DNA from: Mobula hypostoma
Lineage: Eukaryota
NCBI RefSeq assembly: GCF_963921235.1
Contig: NC_086101.1
Span: 5,210,001 to 5,274,000, forward strand
Direction of reading: 5' to 3'
Length of the DNA: 64,000 bases
Shown piece by piece: positions 38,545 to 51,926 of the stretch; the stretch's first letter is position 1; every line of letters starts with the position of its first letter. The notes beneath the pieces are model-generated. The model saw nothing but the letters and a program-made list of their open reading frames with translations. It did no database searches and was not told the origin of the DNA. The position numbers and the translations under genes are program-made.

Positions 38545-39347
38545 CACTGAGTGGCCACTTCATTACGTACAGGATAGTAAAGTGGTCACTCCTGCTGCGG
38601 AAGCCCACCCTCTTCAAGGTCCGACGATTTGTGCGTTCAGAGATGCTCTTCTGCACACCACCGCTGTAACGCGTGGTTATTTGAGTTACTGTCACCTTCC
38701 TGTCAGCTTGAACCAGTCTGGCCGTTCTCCTCCGACCTCTCTCATTAACAGGGTTTTTTTTTTCTCCCTCACAGAACTGCTCTATTTTTTTTGTTTGTTT
38801 TTTGCATCATTCTCTGTAAACTCTGGAGACTGTTGTGTGTGAAAATCCCAGGAGACCCGCAGTTTCTGAGACGCTCAAACCGTCCTGTCTGATACCAACA
38901 ATCTTTCCACAGTCAAAGTCACTTAAATCACATCTCTTCCGCATTCTAATGTTTGGCCTGAACAACAACTGAACCTCTTGACCATGTCTAACTCCAACCC
39001 TAACCCTCATGCTTTTAAACATTAACACGAGGAAATCTGCAGATGCTGGAAATTCAAGCAACACACACAAATTGCTGGTGAACGCAGCAGGCCAGGCAGC
39101 ATCTACAGGAAGAGCACAGCCGACGTTACGGGCCGAGAACCTTCGTCAGGACTGCATCAGGAGACCCGTCCTGATGAAGGGTCTCGGCCCGAAACGTCGG
39201 CTGTGCCTCTTCCTATAGATGCTGCCTGGCCTGCTGTGTTCACCAGCATTTTGTGTGTGTGTTGCTTTTATACATTGCTGCTGTGCGATTGGCTGATGAG
39301 ATTTTTGCATCAATGAGCAGGTGCCCCAAATAAAGTAATCACTGAGT
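38545..39347 (-). mobile_element. Tc1-derived element with nested Penelope-derived fold-back element
   Basis: Ends acactgagtggccacttcatta ... aataaagtaatcactgagtg; CDLSDFDCGKIVGIRQDGLSVSETAGLLGFSHTTVSRVYRE is a Tc1 HTH region. Confidence 0.85.
39025..39265. mobile_element. Fold-back element made of two inverted Penelope pLTR ends, each with a hammerhead motif
   Basis: Arms about 39061-39153 and 39168-39260 are near reverse complements; + strand core CTGATGA 39171-39177 ... GAAACGTC 39191-39198. Confidence 0.85.
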
Positions 39348-39354
39348 GAGAGTC

Positions 39355-39595
39355 TTCCCCTCTCCCCTCTCCCCCTTCCCTCTCCTTCCTCCCCCTCCCA
39401 TTTCCCCCTTTCCTCCCTTCTTCACTCCCTCCTCTCCCCCTTCCTTCTCCTGCCTCCCCCTCCCATTTTCCCCTCTCTTTCCTCCCTTCTTCACCCCTCT
39501 CCCCGTCTCCTCTCGCCTCCATCCCCTCTCTCCTCTCCCTCTCCCTTTCTCCCCCTCCTCCTCCCTCCCTCCTCCGTCCCCTCCCCTCCTCCCCT
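39355..39595. repeat. Polypyrimidine/polypurine low-complexity tract (similar tracts at about 45040-45450, 46380-46520, 56600-56810)
   Basis: Almost exclusively C/T on the + strand. Confidence 0.9.
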
Positions 39596-40178
39596 CGAGA
39601 AGTGTGAAAAGAGAGGTATAAGTTGTGAGGTCTGCAATGCTGCTTGTACTGTGTGAGGTCTCGACCGTCTCTGTTCTGATCAGTGGGGATCTCAAATTCA
39701 CACGTGCAGACTTCGCACGACCCGGCGAGCTGCCTCAGGGTCTGTGGTGTAGGGGACAATGTTGGGGACTTTGCTATCTGTGAAATTTCGATGTGTGCAA
39801 TGCAATTGCCTCTGTGTTAGCTTGTCTGGAGGTTGGAGGCCTGATGTCTGAGAGCTCTTGGCCAAGGACTGAGTCCCGGTGGGGTCCTGTCCTGTTGTGT
39901 GTGTGTGTGTGTGTGCACATGGGAGGGTGGGAAAGGGGCTTATTTTATTGTTGCTTGTGTTGTTTTGTTGAGCACTGGGGCACGTTATGTTGGTGTCAGA
40001 TAGCCTGGTGGAACTTGCAGACTGCCCCCCTGTACGTCCTCGGACTGGGTTGGTTGTTAATGTAAATGATTTAGAAAAATAGAGAGCTATGGGTGACCCT
40101 AGGGACATGTTCGGCGCAGTATTGTGGTCAAAGGGCCTGTATTGTGCTGTAGGTTTTCTGTGACTCATTTCACTGTAT

Positions 40179-40179
<1 letters not shown>

Positions 40180-40242
<63 letters not shown>
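40180..40242. repeat. (CA)n microsatellite
   Basis: Direct inspection. Confidence 0.97.
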
Positions 40243-40244
<2 letters not shown>

Positions 40245-41429
40245 GGCCAGGTGGCAGAGAATGTGTGCTGGGGGTGGGGTGGGGAGGGGAGGGGTGGCGC
40301 AGGTGCAGACACCCCCAGCCCTGAGACACCAGAGTAAGCTCATTTGATTCCAAATGACTGGTTTACTGATCATTACAGAATGTCTCTCTCCCTCCCCTCT
40401 CCCTTCACCTTCTCCCAACCCCAATTCCCATCTCCCTGTCCTCTTCCCACTCTCAGTCCACAACAGAGACCCAGATCAGAACCTGGTTTATCATCACTCA
40501 CATCTGTCATGAAATTTGTTTTTTTTATTGCAGCAGCAGTTCGGTGTAATGCATAAAGTTACTACAGTAATGTGCTAAAGTCACAGGCTCCCCAGCTATA
40601 TATCTGTGCCTAAGACTTCTGCATGGTACCGTGGAATTCAAAGCAAATTTATTATCAAAGTACATATATATCACCATATACAACCCTGAGATTCATTTTC
40701 CTGTGGGCATACTCAGCAAATCGATAGAATAGTAACTATAACAGGATCAATGAAGGAGCAACCAGAGTGCAGAAGGCAACAAACTGTGCAAATCTTAACT
40801 CTTCCCGCCAGATTTGTACCCTTCGAACACTACCTCACTTTTTAAATATATATTGTTTCTGTTTTTTGCATGATTTTTAATCTAATCAATATATGTATAC
40901 TGTAATTGATTTACTTATTTATTATTATTATTATTTAATTTTTAATTTTTTCCCTTCTATATTATGTACTGCATTGAAATTGCATTAACAAATTTCATGA
41001 CACATGCCGGTGACAGTAAACCTGATTCTGATTCAAATGCAGATATAAATAAATAGCAATAAATAATGAGAACATGAGATAATGAGATAAAGAGTCCTTA
41101 AAAGTGAGATCTCTGGTTGTCTGAACATTTCAATGATGGGGCAAATGAGTGTAGTTCTCCCCTTTTGTTCAAGAGCCTGATGGTTGAGGGGTCGTAACTG
41201 TCGTTGAACCTGGTGGTGTGAGTCCTGAGGCTCTTGTACCTTCTACCCGACGGCAGCAGCGAGAAAAGAACACGGTCTGGTGGTGAGGATCTTTGATGGT
41301 GGATGCTGCTTTTCTACAGCAATGTTTCATGTAGATGTGCTCAATGGTTGGGAGGGTTTTACCTGTGATTTACTGGGCTGAATCCACTACCTTTTGTAGG
41401 ATTTTTTATCTTTCTTTGCAATTGCACTT

Positions 41430-42135
41430 TCATGCTGGGTCTCTGAAATGGTAACACCTAGGACTTTAAGATTGCTGGTCCTACTCACTTCTCATCCTCC
41501 TCGGAGGACTGTCTCACAGGCCTCTGATTTTCCTCTTCTGAAGTTTACCATCAGTTCCGTGGTCCTGCTGACACTGAATGAGGGGTTGTTTTTTATGACA
41601 CCACTCAGCCATATTTTCAATCTCCCTCCCATATGCTGATCCATCACCACTTTTGATCTGGCCTACGACAGTAAACTTGACTATGGCATTGGAGCTGTGC
41701 TTAGCCACGTAGTCATCAGTGTGAAGTGTGTGAAGAACAGGGTGCTAGGAACACAATGCCCCTGTGCTGGTGGAGATTGTGGAGGAGATTTTGTTGCCAA
41801 TCTGAACTGCAAGTGAGGAGATCCAGGATCCGCTATTAAGGCCCAGGTCTTGGAGCTTGTTGATTAGTTTTGAGGGGCTGATGGTATTGAATGCTGAGCT
41901 GTAGTCGATAAAGAGCATCCTGATGTATGCATCTATGTTCCAAAATTGAGTGGTGAGCCAGCGAGATGGCATCTGCTGTGGACCTGTTGGTCCGGTAGGT
42001 GTATTGGAGCGGATCCAAGTCGCCTCTCAGGCAGGAGCTGATATGCTTCATCACCAACCTCCCAAAACACTTCATCACCATGGCTGTCAGTGCGAATGGG
42101 CGATAGCCGCTGAGGAAGGTCACCACACTCTTCTG
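41430..42135 (-). mobile_element. Rex1/Babar LINE RT fragment
   Basis: YRPFALTAMVMKCFGRLV, LDPLQYTYRTNRSTADAI, RMLFIDYSSAFNTI. Confidence 0.85.
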
Positions 42136-42619
42136 TACGTCTGATAGATGCAGCTGAAAATCGTATAGACCGGGACATTATCCCCTGGGACGTAAGAGAT
42201 TGAGGGGTGACCTGACAGAGGTATCCAAGATCATGAGGGACACTGACAGGGTGAAAGCACATAGTCTTTTTCCCAGGGTGGGGGGTACTAGAAACAAGAG
42301 GGTATAGGTTTAAGGTCAGAGGTGAGAGATTTACAAGGGATGTCAGGGGCAGCTTCTTCACATAGAGGTTGGTACGTATTTGGAAAGAGCAGAAACAGTG
42401 GTTGAAATGGGCACGTGAACAACATTTAAACCACATCTGCATAAGTCCATGGATGGAAGAGATTTAGAGGGCTATGGGACTAATGTGGCCAGATGTCACT
42501 AGCTGGCTCCACATGATACATTAGGCTGAAGGGCCTGTTTCTGTGCTGGATGACGAAAATAATATATAAATTATACATAATTAGAACAACAAAGAAAGTC
42601 CACAGAGCATAGGCAGAGA

Positions 42620-43895
42620 AGATAGGATAAAATCAGCACCTTAAGGAAAAATATTGCTTTATGAACCTGTAGGAATTCTTTGAGAAGATTACAAGTAGGA
42701 TAAATAAAGGGGGCGTAGTGGATGTTGTATATTTGGACTCTCAGAAAGCCTTTGACAAGGTGCCACACATAAGGCTGTTTACTAAGTTAAGAGCCCATGG
42801 TATTACAGGAAAGTTGCTAGCATTGGCTGATTGGTAGGAGGCAGCGAGTGGGAATAAAAGGATTCTTGTCTGGTTGGCTGCCAGTGACTAGAGGTGTTCC
42901 ACAGGGGTCGGTGTAGGGACCACTTCTTTTTATGCTGTATATCAATGATTTAGATGATGGAATAGATGACTTTGTTGCCAAGTTTGCAGATGATATGAAG
43001 ATTAGTGGAGGGGCAGGTAGTGTTGAGGAAACAGGTAGGATGCAGAAGGACTTAGACAGATTAGGAGAATAGGCAAGAGAGTGGCAAATGAAATACAATG
43101 CTGGAAAATGCATGGTCATGCACTTTTCTTGAAGAAATAAATTTGCAGACTATTTTCTAAATGGGGAGAAAATCCAAAAGTCTGAGATGCAAAGAGTGCT
43201 TGAGCAGTGCTTGAACACCCTAAAGTTTAACTTGCAAGTTGAATCAGTGGTGCAGAAGGCAAATGCAATGTTAGCATTCATTTCAATGGATCTAGAATAC
43301 AGGAGCAGGGATGTGATGCTGAGGCTTTATAAGGCACTGGTGAGGACTCACCTTGAGTATTTTGAACAGTTTTGGTTTTCTCATCTGAGAAAGGATGTGC
43401 TGGCATTGGAGAGGGTCCAGAGAAGGTTCACAAGGATGATTCTGTGAATGAAAGGGTTATACAAGGAACATTTGATGGATCTGGGTCTGTACTCGCTGGA
43501 ATTTAGAAGGATGAGGGTGGGGGTATCTCATTGAAACCTTTAGAATGTTAAAAGGCCTAGACAGAGTAGATGTGGAACGGATGTTTCCCATGGTGGGGGA
43601 GTCTAGGACAAGAGGGCACAGTCTCATTATAGAGGGGCGCCTATGTGGAGAAATTTCTTTAGCCAGAGGGTGGTGAATTTGTGGGATTTGTTACATAACT
43701 TGTGAAGGCTAAGTTATTTGGAGTATTTAAGGCAGACATTGATAGGTTCTTGATTGGACATGGCAACAAAGGTTACCGGGAGATGCCTGGGGTGTGGGGT
43801 TGAGGAGAGGAAAGAAGGATCAGCCATGATTGTGTGGCAGAACAGACTCGATGGGCCAAATGACCTAATTCTGCTCCTGTGCCTTATGGTCTTAT
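42620..43895 (+). mobile_element. CR1 LINE RT/3' fragment
   Basis: gcctttgacaaggtgccacac, gccaagtttgcagatgat, RDVMLRLYKALVRTHLEY; tail ttatggtctta. Confidence 0.9.
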
Positions 43896-45479
43896 AGTGA
43901 TTGAAGTGTTCACTGTAATGGGTAGTGTTTGGTTTAAGACTGAAGATTTAAGGTTAAAATTAACTTTATTTGTCACATACATCGAAACATGCGGTGAGAC
44001 CCATCATTTGCATCAATGGCCAACGCAGTCCAAGGATTGTTCTGGCGTCAGCCCACAGGCGTCGCCACGTTTCTGACGCCAACGTAGCATGCTCACAACT
44101 CACTAACCCTAACCCATGCCTCTTTGGAGTATGGGAATACAGAGCACCCAGAGGAAACTCATGCAGTCGCGGAGAGAGCATACAAACTCATTTCAGACGG
44201 CTGATGTCTGGCACCGTAAAGCATTGCACTAAACGCGATGCTGCCGTGCCACTAAGTGGTCGATTAGTGTGGGAGCCACGATTCCTGCAAGCCTACTCTG
44301 GGGCAGGTATGGTGTGTCCGGACAACTCTGCAACCAATGCTCCCTGCCTGTCTGTGGTACCTCTCAGTCTCCGAACCTGAATACAGCAAGCAGAATTGAA
44401 CCAGTTTCAGGCACTGAAGGTACCAGTTGTCTCTGGTTACAGTGATAGCTTGCTGCCTTGCCGGTAACGGTGAGGCTCAGTGGAGCATAGGGATCTGCTA
44501 TCAGACACAGTAGCGTAGTGGTGAGGGCAACACTTTGATAGCTTGGGGAATTCCAGAGTTTGGAGTTCAATTCCAGTGCCATCTCTGAGGAGTTTCTACA
44601 TTCCCACAGGAGCTCATGGTTTCCTCCGGGTTCTCTGGTTTCCTCCCACAGTCCAAGGACGTACAGGTTGAAAGGTTAATTGGTCATTGTAAATTGTCCC
44701 GTGATTAGGCTAGGGTTAACTCAGGGGTCGCTGGACGAGTGTGTTCCACACTCCATCTCAATACAGTGACATAAAGTGACATGAGGATGTGGAGGAGCAA
44801 GTTCTCAGACACAGCTGCTCCTATTTGTAGTCTGGTTTTCAGTTCTGGGTAAACTGGAGGAAATCTGCCGGACCTCGATCTGCAGGATGAAGCGTTCACG
44901 TACTCAAATAGGCTTTCCTCCTGTGAAAGCTAGGGCCTTATGACACTCCCTGAGCAAAAGTAGTGAAGTGTTCCCTCAGTAGGACTTGTGAGGCATTTCC
45001 TCTGGACTTGCAGAGAGCCCCAGTTCAGAGAAACACAGTGCACCTCTCTCATGCTGTCTGTCTCTCTCCCTCACACACTCCCTATTTCTCTCACTCTGCA
45101 TTCTCTCTCTGTCCCCTCTATATCCTGCCTCTCTCCTCTCTCTCCATCTCTGCCCTCTCTCACTGCTCCCTAATCCTGCTCTTTCTCCCTGTCCTCCCTC
45201 TCTCCTCCTCTCTCTCCATCTCAAACTCTCTCTGCCCTTCTCGCTCTCCTCTCTCTCAATCTCTGTCCTCTCTCTCTAATCCCCAGCCCTCTTCCCATCT
45301 CTGTTCCCCCCCGCGCATTCTCCATCTCTGCCCTCTCTATCTACTATCTATCCCTGCCCTCTTCCTCTCTCTGCTCATTTTCTCCTTCTCTACCCTTTTC
45401 CTCTCTCTCTCTGGACCCTCCCCCTCTCTCTGTATCTGCCTCTCTCTTACAACCATCAAAGTCCTGAACCGGTCTGGAT

Positions 45480-46020
45480 AGTCATAGTCATAGTCATACT
45501 TTATTGATCCCGGGGGAAATTGGTTTTCGTTACAGTTGCACCATAAATAATAAATAGTAATAGAACCATAAATAGTTAAATAGTAATATGTAAATAATGC
45601 CAGTAAATTATGAAATAAGTCCAGGACCAGCCTATTGGCTCAGGGTGTCTGACCCTCCAAGGGAGGAGTTGTAAAGTGTGATGGCCACAGGCAGGAATGA
45701 CTTCCTATGACGCTCTGTGTTGCATCTCGGTGGAATGAGTCTCTGGCTGAATGTACTCCTGTGCCCACCCAGTACATTATGTAGTGGATGGGAGACACTG
45801 ACCAAGATGGCATGCAACTTAGACAGCATCCTCTTTTCAGACACCACCGTGAGAGAGTCCAGTTCCATCCCCACAACATCACTGGCCTTACGAATGAGTT
45901 TGTTGATTCTGTTGGTGTCTGCTACCCTCAGTCTGCTGCCCCAGCACACAACAGCAAACATGATAGCACTGGCCACCACAGACTCGTAGAACATCCTCAG
46001 CATCGTCCGGCAGATGTTCT
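45480..46020 (-). mobile_element. Young Rex1-type LINE 3' fragment
   Basis: Open 123-aa frame MLRMFYESVVASAIMFAVVCWG...HPLH...TERHRKSFLPVAITLYN; tail aataaagtatgactatgactatgac. Confidence 0.88.
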
Positions 46021-46534
46021 GATAACTTCATTCACTGCAGCTCTGAACTGATCCTAAGAACTACAGAAGCAAAATGCTGGAGGAACTCAGCAGTCCAGGC
46101 AGCATTTATGGAATAAAGCACAGTCGAGGTTTCGGCCTGGATTTTGTGTGTGTTACTCAGATTCCCAGCGTCTGCAGATTTTCTCTTGTTTGTGCTACGA
46201 CCTACAGACTCAGTTTCAGGTCTCTTTATAGCTCATTCTCTCAATATTATTTTTTTGCACAGCTTGTGTTCTTTTTATATATTGGCTGTTTGTCAGTGTC
46301 TCCTTATGTATAATTTTTTAAAATAAATTCTGTTGTATTTCTTTATTTTTCTATAAATGCCTGCAAGAAAATGAACCTCCCTTTTCTCCCCCCTCTCCCC
46401 TCCCCTCCCTCCCCTCCCCCTCTCTCCTCCCCTCCTCCTCCCACTCTCCCCCCTCCCACTCTCCCCCCCAATCTCTCTCTCTTGCTCTACCCTTCTCCCT
46501 CCCTACCTCTCTCCCTTTACCATGCACACTCAGA

Positions 46535-47165
46535 ATTTTTTTTAGATTATGAAGACACGCAGTCCTCTTTTATTGTCATTTAGTAATGCATGCATTAAGA
46601 AATGATACAATATTTCCTCCGGTGTGATATCACAAAACACAGGACAGACCAAGACTGAAAAAACTGACAAAACCACATAATTATACATATAGTTACAAAC
46701 AGTGCACAATACCATAACTTGATGAAGAAGTCCGTGAGCACAGTAAAGTTCAAAGTCTCTCGAATGTCCCACATCTCACGCAGACGGGAGAAGGAAGAAA
46801 AAATCTCCCTGCCATGCCCGACCACAATCCGATTCTGAGTCATCCGAAAACTTCGAGCTCTGATCAGCTCTCTGACATCGAGTACTGAGCGCCACCTCTG
46901 TCCAAACGATTCAACCTCCTTCTCGGTCGCCAAAAGCAGGCAAGGCCGGGGATTTTGAGGCCTTCCCTCCGAAAGATTCCCGACCATGCAGTAACGACAG
47001 CAGCAAACGGGCGTTTCAGAAATTTCTCCAGATGTTTCTCTGTGCTTTTACGTCCACTCTCCATCAAATCAGAATTGTCCACTGCCTCTATTTAACAGAT
47101 ACCATATCATTTTTCACCAGAGGGCTGCGCACGCGCAGGCGCGCCGCCATCTTCTCCTCCCGCCT
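46535..47165 (-). mobile_element. Non-autonomous retroelement with GC-rich 5' end
   Basis: The minus strand starts ggcgggaggagaagatggcggcgcgcctgcgcgtgcgc (YY1-like AAGATGGCGG) and ends aataaaagagg...ctaaaaaaaa; CpG-rich. Confidence 0.55.
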
Positions 47166-48119
47166 ATTTTTGACATATTGATGCGGCTCCTGTCTCCTAT
47201 TGTTAGCCCACTGCTGCAGTGGTGACACACCAGGAAGTGACTGCATTGTCCCTGTCTCTCCCAGTCTCTGGAATGATCTCGTGCTTCCCAACCTTTCTCC
47301 AGAGACGTGAGCACATGATACCACAATGAATCCACACGGAAGCTGCTGCCTTCAGATCCACAGTCAAAGGAAATACATTATGTATATGCTAGTGTAGACC
47401 ACCTACTGATTTGTTTTCTTGTAGGCATTTACAGGAAAATAAAGAAATGCAGTAGAATTTATGAAAAACTACACAGAAACAAAGACTGACACAGCCAATA
47501 TTGAAAAGAAGACACACTGTACAACTAGAAGAAATTAACCAATTAACCCTAACCAATGACTATGACTATGACTAATACTGAGAACTTGAGTTGCAAAGAG
47601 AGCTTGAATGTGAGTCTGTAGGTTGTAAAATCAGCTCCGGTGAGTGAAGTTATCCACGCCAGTTTAGGAGTTTGAAGGTTGTGGGGTGGTAACAATTCCT
47701 GTTCCTGGTGATGTGTACGTCCTCCCCAATGGCAGCAGCAAGAGGAGAGCAGGGCCTGGATGGAGGGGGTCCTTGATGTCAGCGCTCCTTGGAGATGTGG
47801 GGAGGGCTTTGCCTGTGATGACCTGGGCTCAGGCACTGGTTAAACCCAGTCTTTGTCCCAGGTGCATGTAAATATAACCAGGACAAGAGCAGGGAATTTG
47901 CTGCAGTGTCCTGAGACCAGTATTTACTCCATTCCCACTTAAATAGATCTCATCTTCACGTGGCATCCTGTGGGATCTTGTATATTAATTGGATGCCACA
48001 ATTCCAACGTTCCAGTACTGATTATGTGACTCCACTGTGCATCAGAATCACAATTAGATTTATTTTCACTGACGTACGGTACACACAGTGCCCACCATAT
48101 TAGGTACACCTGTATGCCT

Positions 48120-51030
48120 GCTCACTAAAGCAAGTGTATAATCAACTAATCACATGGCAGCAACTCAATGCATAAAAGCACACAGACATAGAACATAGAA
48201 CTTTCTGGATGAGTCTGTTGTGGGGGACCCTGTCAAATGCCTTGCTAAAATCTATGTAGACCACATCTACTGCCCTCCCCTCATCAATTTCTTTTGTTAC
48301 CTCTTCAAAAAACTCAATTAGGTTCATGAGGCACGACCTTCCCTTCACAAAGCCGTGTTGACCATCCTTGAGTAGACTGTATTTCTCCAAATGCTCGTAG
48401 ATCCTATCCTTAAAGATCATCTCCAATAGTTTGCAGACCACCGACGTAAGACTCACTGGTCTATAGTTCCCAGGATTCTCCCTATTACCTTTTTTAAACA
48501 AGGGAACTTGGTCAAGAGGTTCAGTTGTTGTTCAGACCAAACATCAGAATGGGGAAGAAATGTGATCTAAGTGACTTTGACCATAAGATGATGAAGGCCA
48601 TAGACTATAGGAGCAGAATTAGGTCATTCAGTCCAACAAGTCAGCTCTGGCACTCCATACTGGCTGATCCATTTTACCCCTCAACCCCACTCTTCAACCC
48701 CATTCCCGTAACTTTTCATGCCCTGACTAATGAAGAACCTATCAACCTGGGCCTTAAATACATCCAATGACTTGGCCTCCACAGCCTGGTAATGAATTCC
48801 CCAGATTCACCACCCTCTGGCAAAAGAAATTCCTCCTCATCTTCGATCTAAACGGATGTCCCTCTATTCTGAAGCTAGTCCCTCCGCTCCTGGATTCCTC
48901 CACGATAGGAAACATCCTCTCCACATCCACTCTGTCTTGGTCTTTCAAGATTTGATAGGTTTCAGTGAGACAATGGACAATAGGTGCAGGAGTAGGCCAT
49001 TCAGCCCTTCGAGCCAGCACCACCATTCACTGTGATCATGGCTGATCATCCACAATCAGTACCCTTTTCCTGCCTTCTCCCCATATCCCTTCACTCCGCT
49101 ATGTTTAAGAGCTCTATGTGAGACACCCCTCACTCTTCTAAATTCCAACGAGAACAGGCCCAGAGGCATGAGATGCTCTTCATACGATAACCCTTTCATT
49201 CTCGTGAACCTCCCCTGAACCCTCTCCAACGTCAGCACTCATCTCTGACACAGTGCTGTCGAGGTAACAATCTCTCCCCCAAGGTCTCCCTCAAAAAACC
49301 AAAGAGCTGACTGTGGTTTACAGGAGGAACGGGGACAGACTCACCCCAATCACCATCAATGGGATCGCAGTTGAGAGGGTGAATAGTTTCAAGTTCGTCA
49401 GTATACACATCACCGAAGATCTCACCTGGACTGTACACACCGGCTGTGTGGTTTGAAAAAAAAGCACAACAGGTGACTGAAGGAGTTCGGCATGGGCCCC
49501 TAAATCCTCAAGACCTTCTACAGGAGCACCATTGAGAGCATCCTGACTGGCTGTATCACTGCCTGGTATGGTAACTGCACCAACCGTGATCGCTGGGCAC
49601 TGCAGAGAGTGTACGGACAGCCCAGCGCATCTGTGGATGTGAACTTCCCTCCATTGAGGACATTTACAGCAGCAGATGTAGAAAGAAGGCCTGGAAGATC
49701 ACTGGGGACACCAGTCATCCCAACCATAAACTGTTTCAGCTGCTTCAGTCTGGTAACTGGTACAGCAGCATAAAAACCAGAACCAGCAGGCTACGGGGCA
49801 GCTTCTTTCTACAAGCCATTAGACTTGTAAATTCACATGTCTGTACATTGTGACAGAGTCATAATGCAAAGGTTTTTACTCCTCCCTGTGGTGGGATTGA
49901 TGTAAGATTTAAATAAATTCAAATTCAAATAAGAGGTCAAAAACTAGTCACAATACTCCAAGTCAGGACTCACCAGTGCCTTATAAAGCCTCAGCGTTAC
50001 ATCCTTGCTTTCAAATTCTAGTCTTCTTGAAATGGGTGCTAACACTTACCTTCCTCACCACTGACACAACCTGCAAGTTAACCTTTAGGGTATCCTGCAC
50101 GATTACTTCCAAGTTCCTTTGCTCCTCTGGCTGTTGAATTTTCTGCTTGTTCACAAAATAGTCCAAACTTCTGTTTCTTCTACCAAAACACATGACCATA
50201 CACTTCCCGACTCTGTATTCCATCTGCCACTTCTTTACCCATTCTCCTGATCTGTCAAATTTCTTCTGCAGATTCCCTGCTTCCTTATAAAGTATAAAGT
50301 AACACTACCTGCCTTTCCACCTACCTTCGTATCATCTGCAAACTTAGCCACAAAGCCATCAATTTTATTATCCAAGTCATTGACATATAAAGTGGTCCCA
50401 ACACTTACCCTGTGGAACACCACTAGTCACTGGCAGCCAACCAGAGAAGACTCCCTTTATTCCCACTCTTTGCCTCCTGTCAATCAGTCAATACTCTATC
50501 TAGTTAAGCCTCTTTCCTGTAATACCATGAGCTCTTATCTTGTTAAGCAGCCTCATGTGCTGCACCTTGTGAAAGGTGTTCTGAACATCAAAGTATACAA
50601 CGTCCATTATTTCTCCTTTATCTATCCTGCTTGTTATTTCCTCAAAGAAGTAACTTCCTCTCAGAAATGATTGTTGGTGCCAGATGGGGTGGTCTGAGTA
50701 TCTCATAAATTGCTGATCTCCTGTTTTTTTTTTTGCACACAACAGTCTCTAGAGTTTACAGAGAATGATGCAAAAGACAAAAGAAAAAACACCAGTGAGA
50801 GGCAGTTCTGTGGGTGAAAGTGCCTTGTTAATGAGAGAGGTCAGAGGAGGATGGCCAGATTGGTTCAAGCTGACAGGAGGACAAGAGCAACTCAAATAAC
50901 CACGCCTTACAGCAGTGGCATGCAGAAGAGCATCTCTGAACACACAGCACATCGAACTTCGAAGCGGACGGGCTTCAGCAGCAGAAGACCACGAACATAC
51001 ACTCAGTGGCCACTTTATGAGGAGCCCCCT
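48120..51030. mobile_element. Nested TE stack: Tc1 derivative containing CR1 fragments (-) and a Rex1 fragment (+, about 49235-49930)
   Basis: Tc1 pieces at about 48120-48185, 48510-48580 and 50660-51030 are colinear; CR1 NPGNYRPVSLTSVVCK and FVAKFADDTK; Rex atcaccgaagatctcacctgg. Confidence 0.8.
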
Positions 51031-51370
51031 GTATACTGACTGTGTTTCTTTTTGTAATGTATAGTACATATTACGTATCGCACTGTACTGTTGCCGTAAA
51101 ACAAAAGCTTCTCACCATATGCTGTTTTTAATACGTTGAATTTGTGTCATCGAACTCCTCTTTGATGGTAGCAATGAGAAGAGGGCATGTTCTGGTGACG
51201 GGGGTCCTTAATGAGGGATGCTGCCTTTTTGAGGTACAGTGTTGTCCTTGGAAGATGCCCTGGATGGTGGGGCGTCCAGTGGGCACGATGGAGCTAGCTG
51301 AGTTTTCAAACCTCTGCAACCACAGACTCAAGCAGGTCCATCATAGCGGAATGGTACTGAGGGACCATAT

Positions 51371-51926
51371 TGAGCAATCTCCACCACACAGAGACGCTGT
51401 CTACCACAGAGGGAAGATACTGAGCGATCTCCACCACACAGAGACGGTGTCTACCACAGAGGGAAGATACTGAGCGATCTCCACCACACAGAGATGGTGT
51501 CTACCACAGAGGGAAGATACTGAGCGATCTCCACCACACAGAGATGGTGTCTACCACAGAGGGAAGATACTGAGCGATCTCCACCACACAGAGACGCTGT
51601 CTACCACAGAGGGAAGATACTGAGCGATCTCCACCACACAGAGATGGTGTCTACCACAGAGGGAAGATACTGAGCGATCTCCACCACACAGAGATGGTGT
51701 CTACCACAGAGGGAAGATACTGAGCGATCTCCACCACACAGAGATGGTGTCTACCACAGAGGGAAGATACTGAGCGATCTCCACCACACAGAGACGCTGT
51801 CTACCACAGAGGGAAGATACTGAGCGATCTCCACCACACAGAGATGGTGTCTACCACAGAGGGAAGATACTGAGCGATCTCCACCACACAGAGACGCTGT
51901 CTACCACAGAGGGAAGATACTGAGCG
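51371..51926. repeat. 11 x 50-bp tandem repeat (VNTR)
   Basis: tgagcgatctccaccacacagaga(tg/cg)(g/c)tgtctaccacagagggaagatac repeats every 50 bp from 51371 to 51921. Confidence 0.97.

Noticed and set aside
44963..45481. Ser/Leu/Pro-rich ORFs here and at 39310-39759 and 56468-56864
   Set aside because: Artefacts of CT-rich low-complexity tracts.
51371..51926. Regular 50-bp repeats resembling a CRISPR array
   Set aside because: Units are contiguous and near-identical with no spacers; it is a VNTR.
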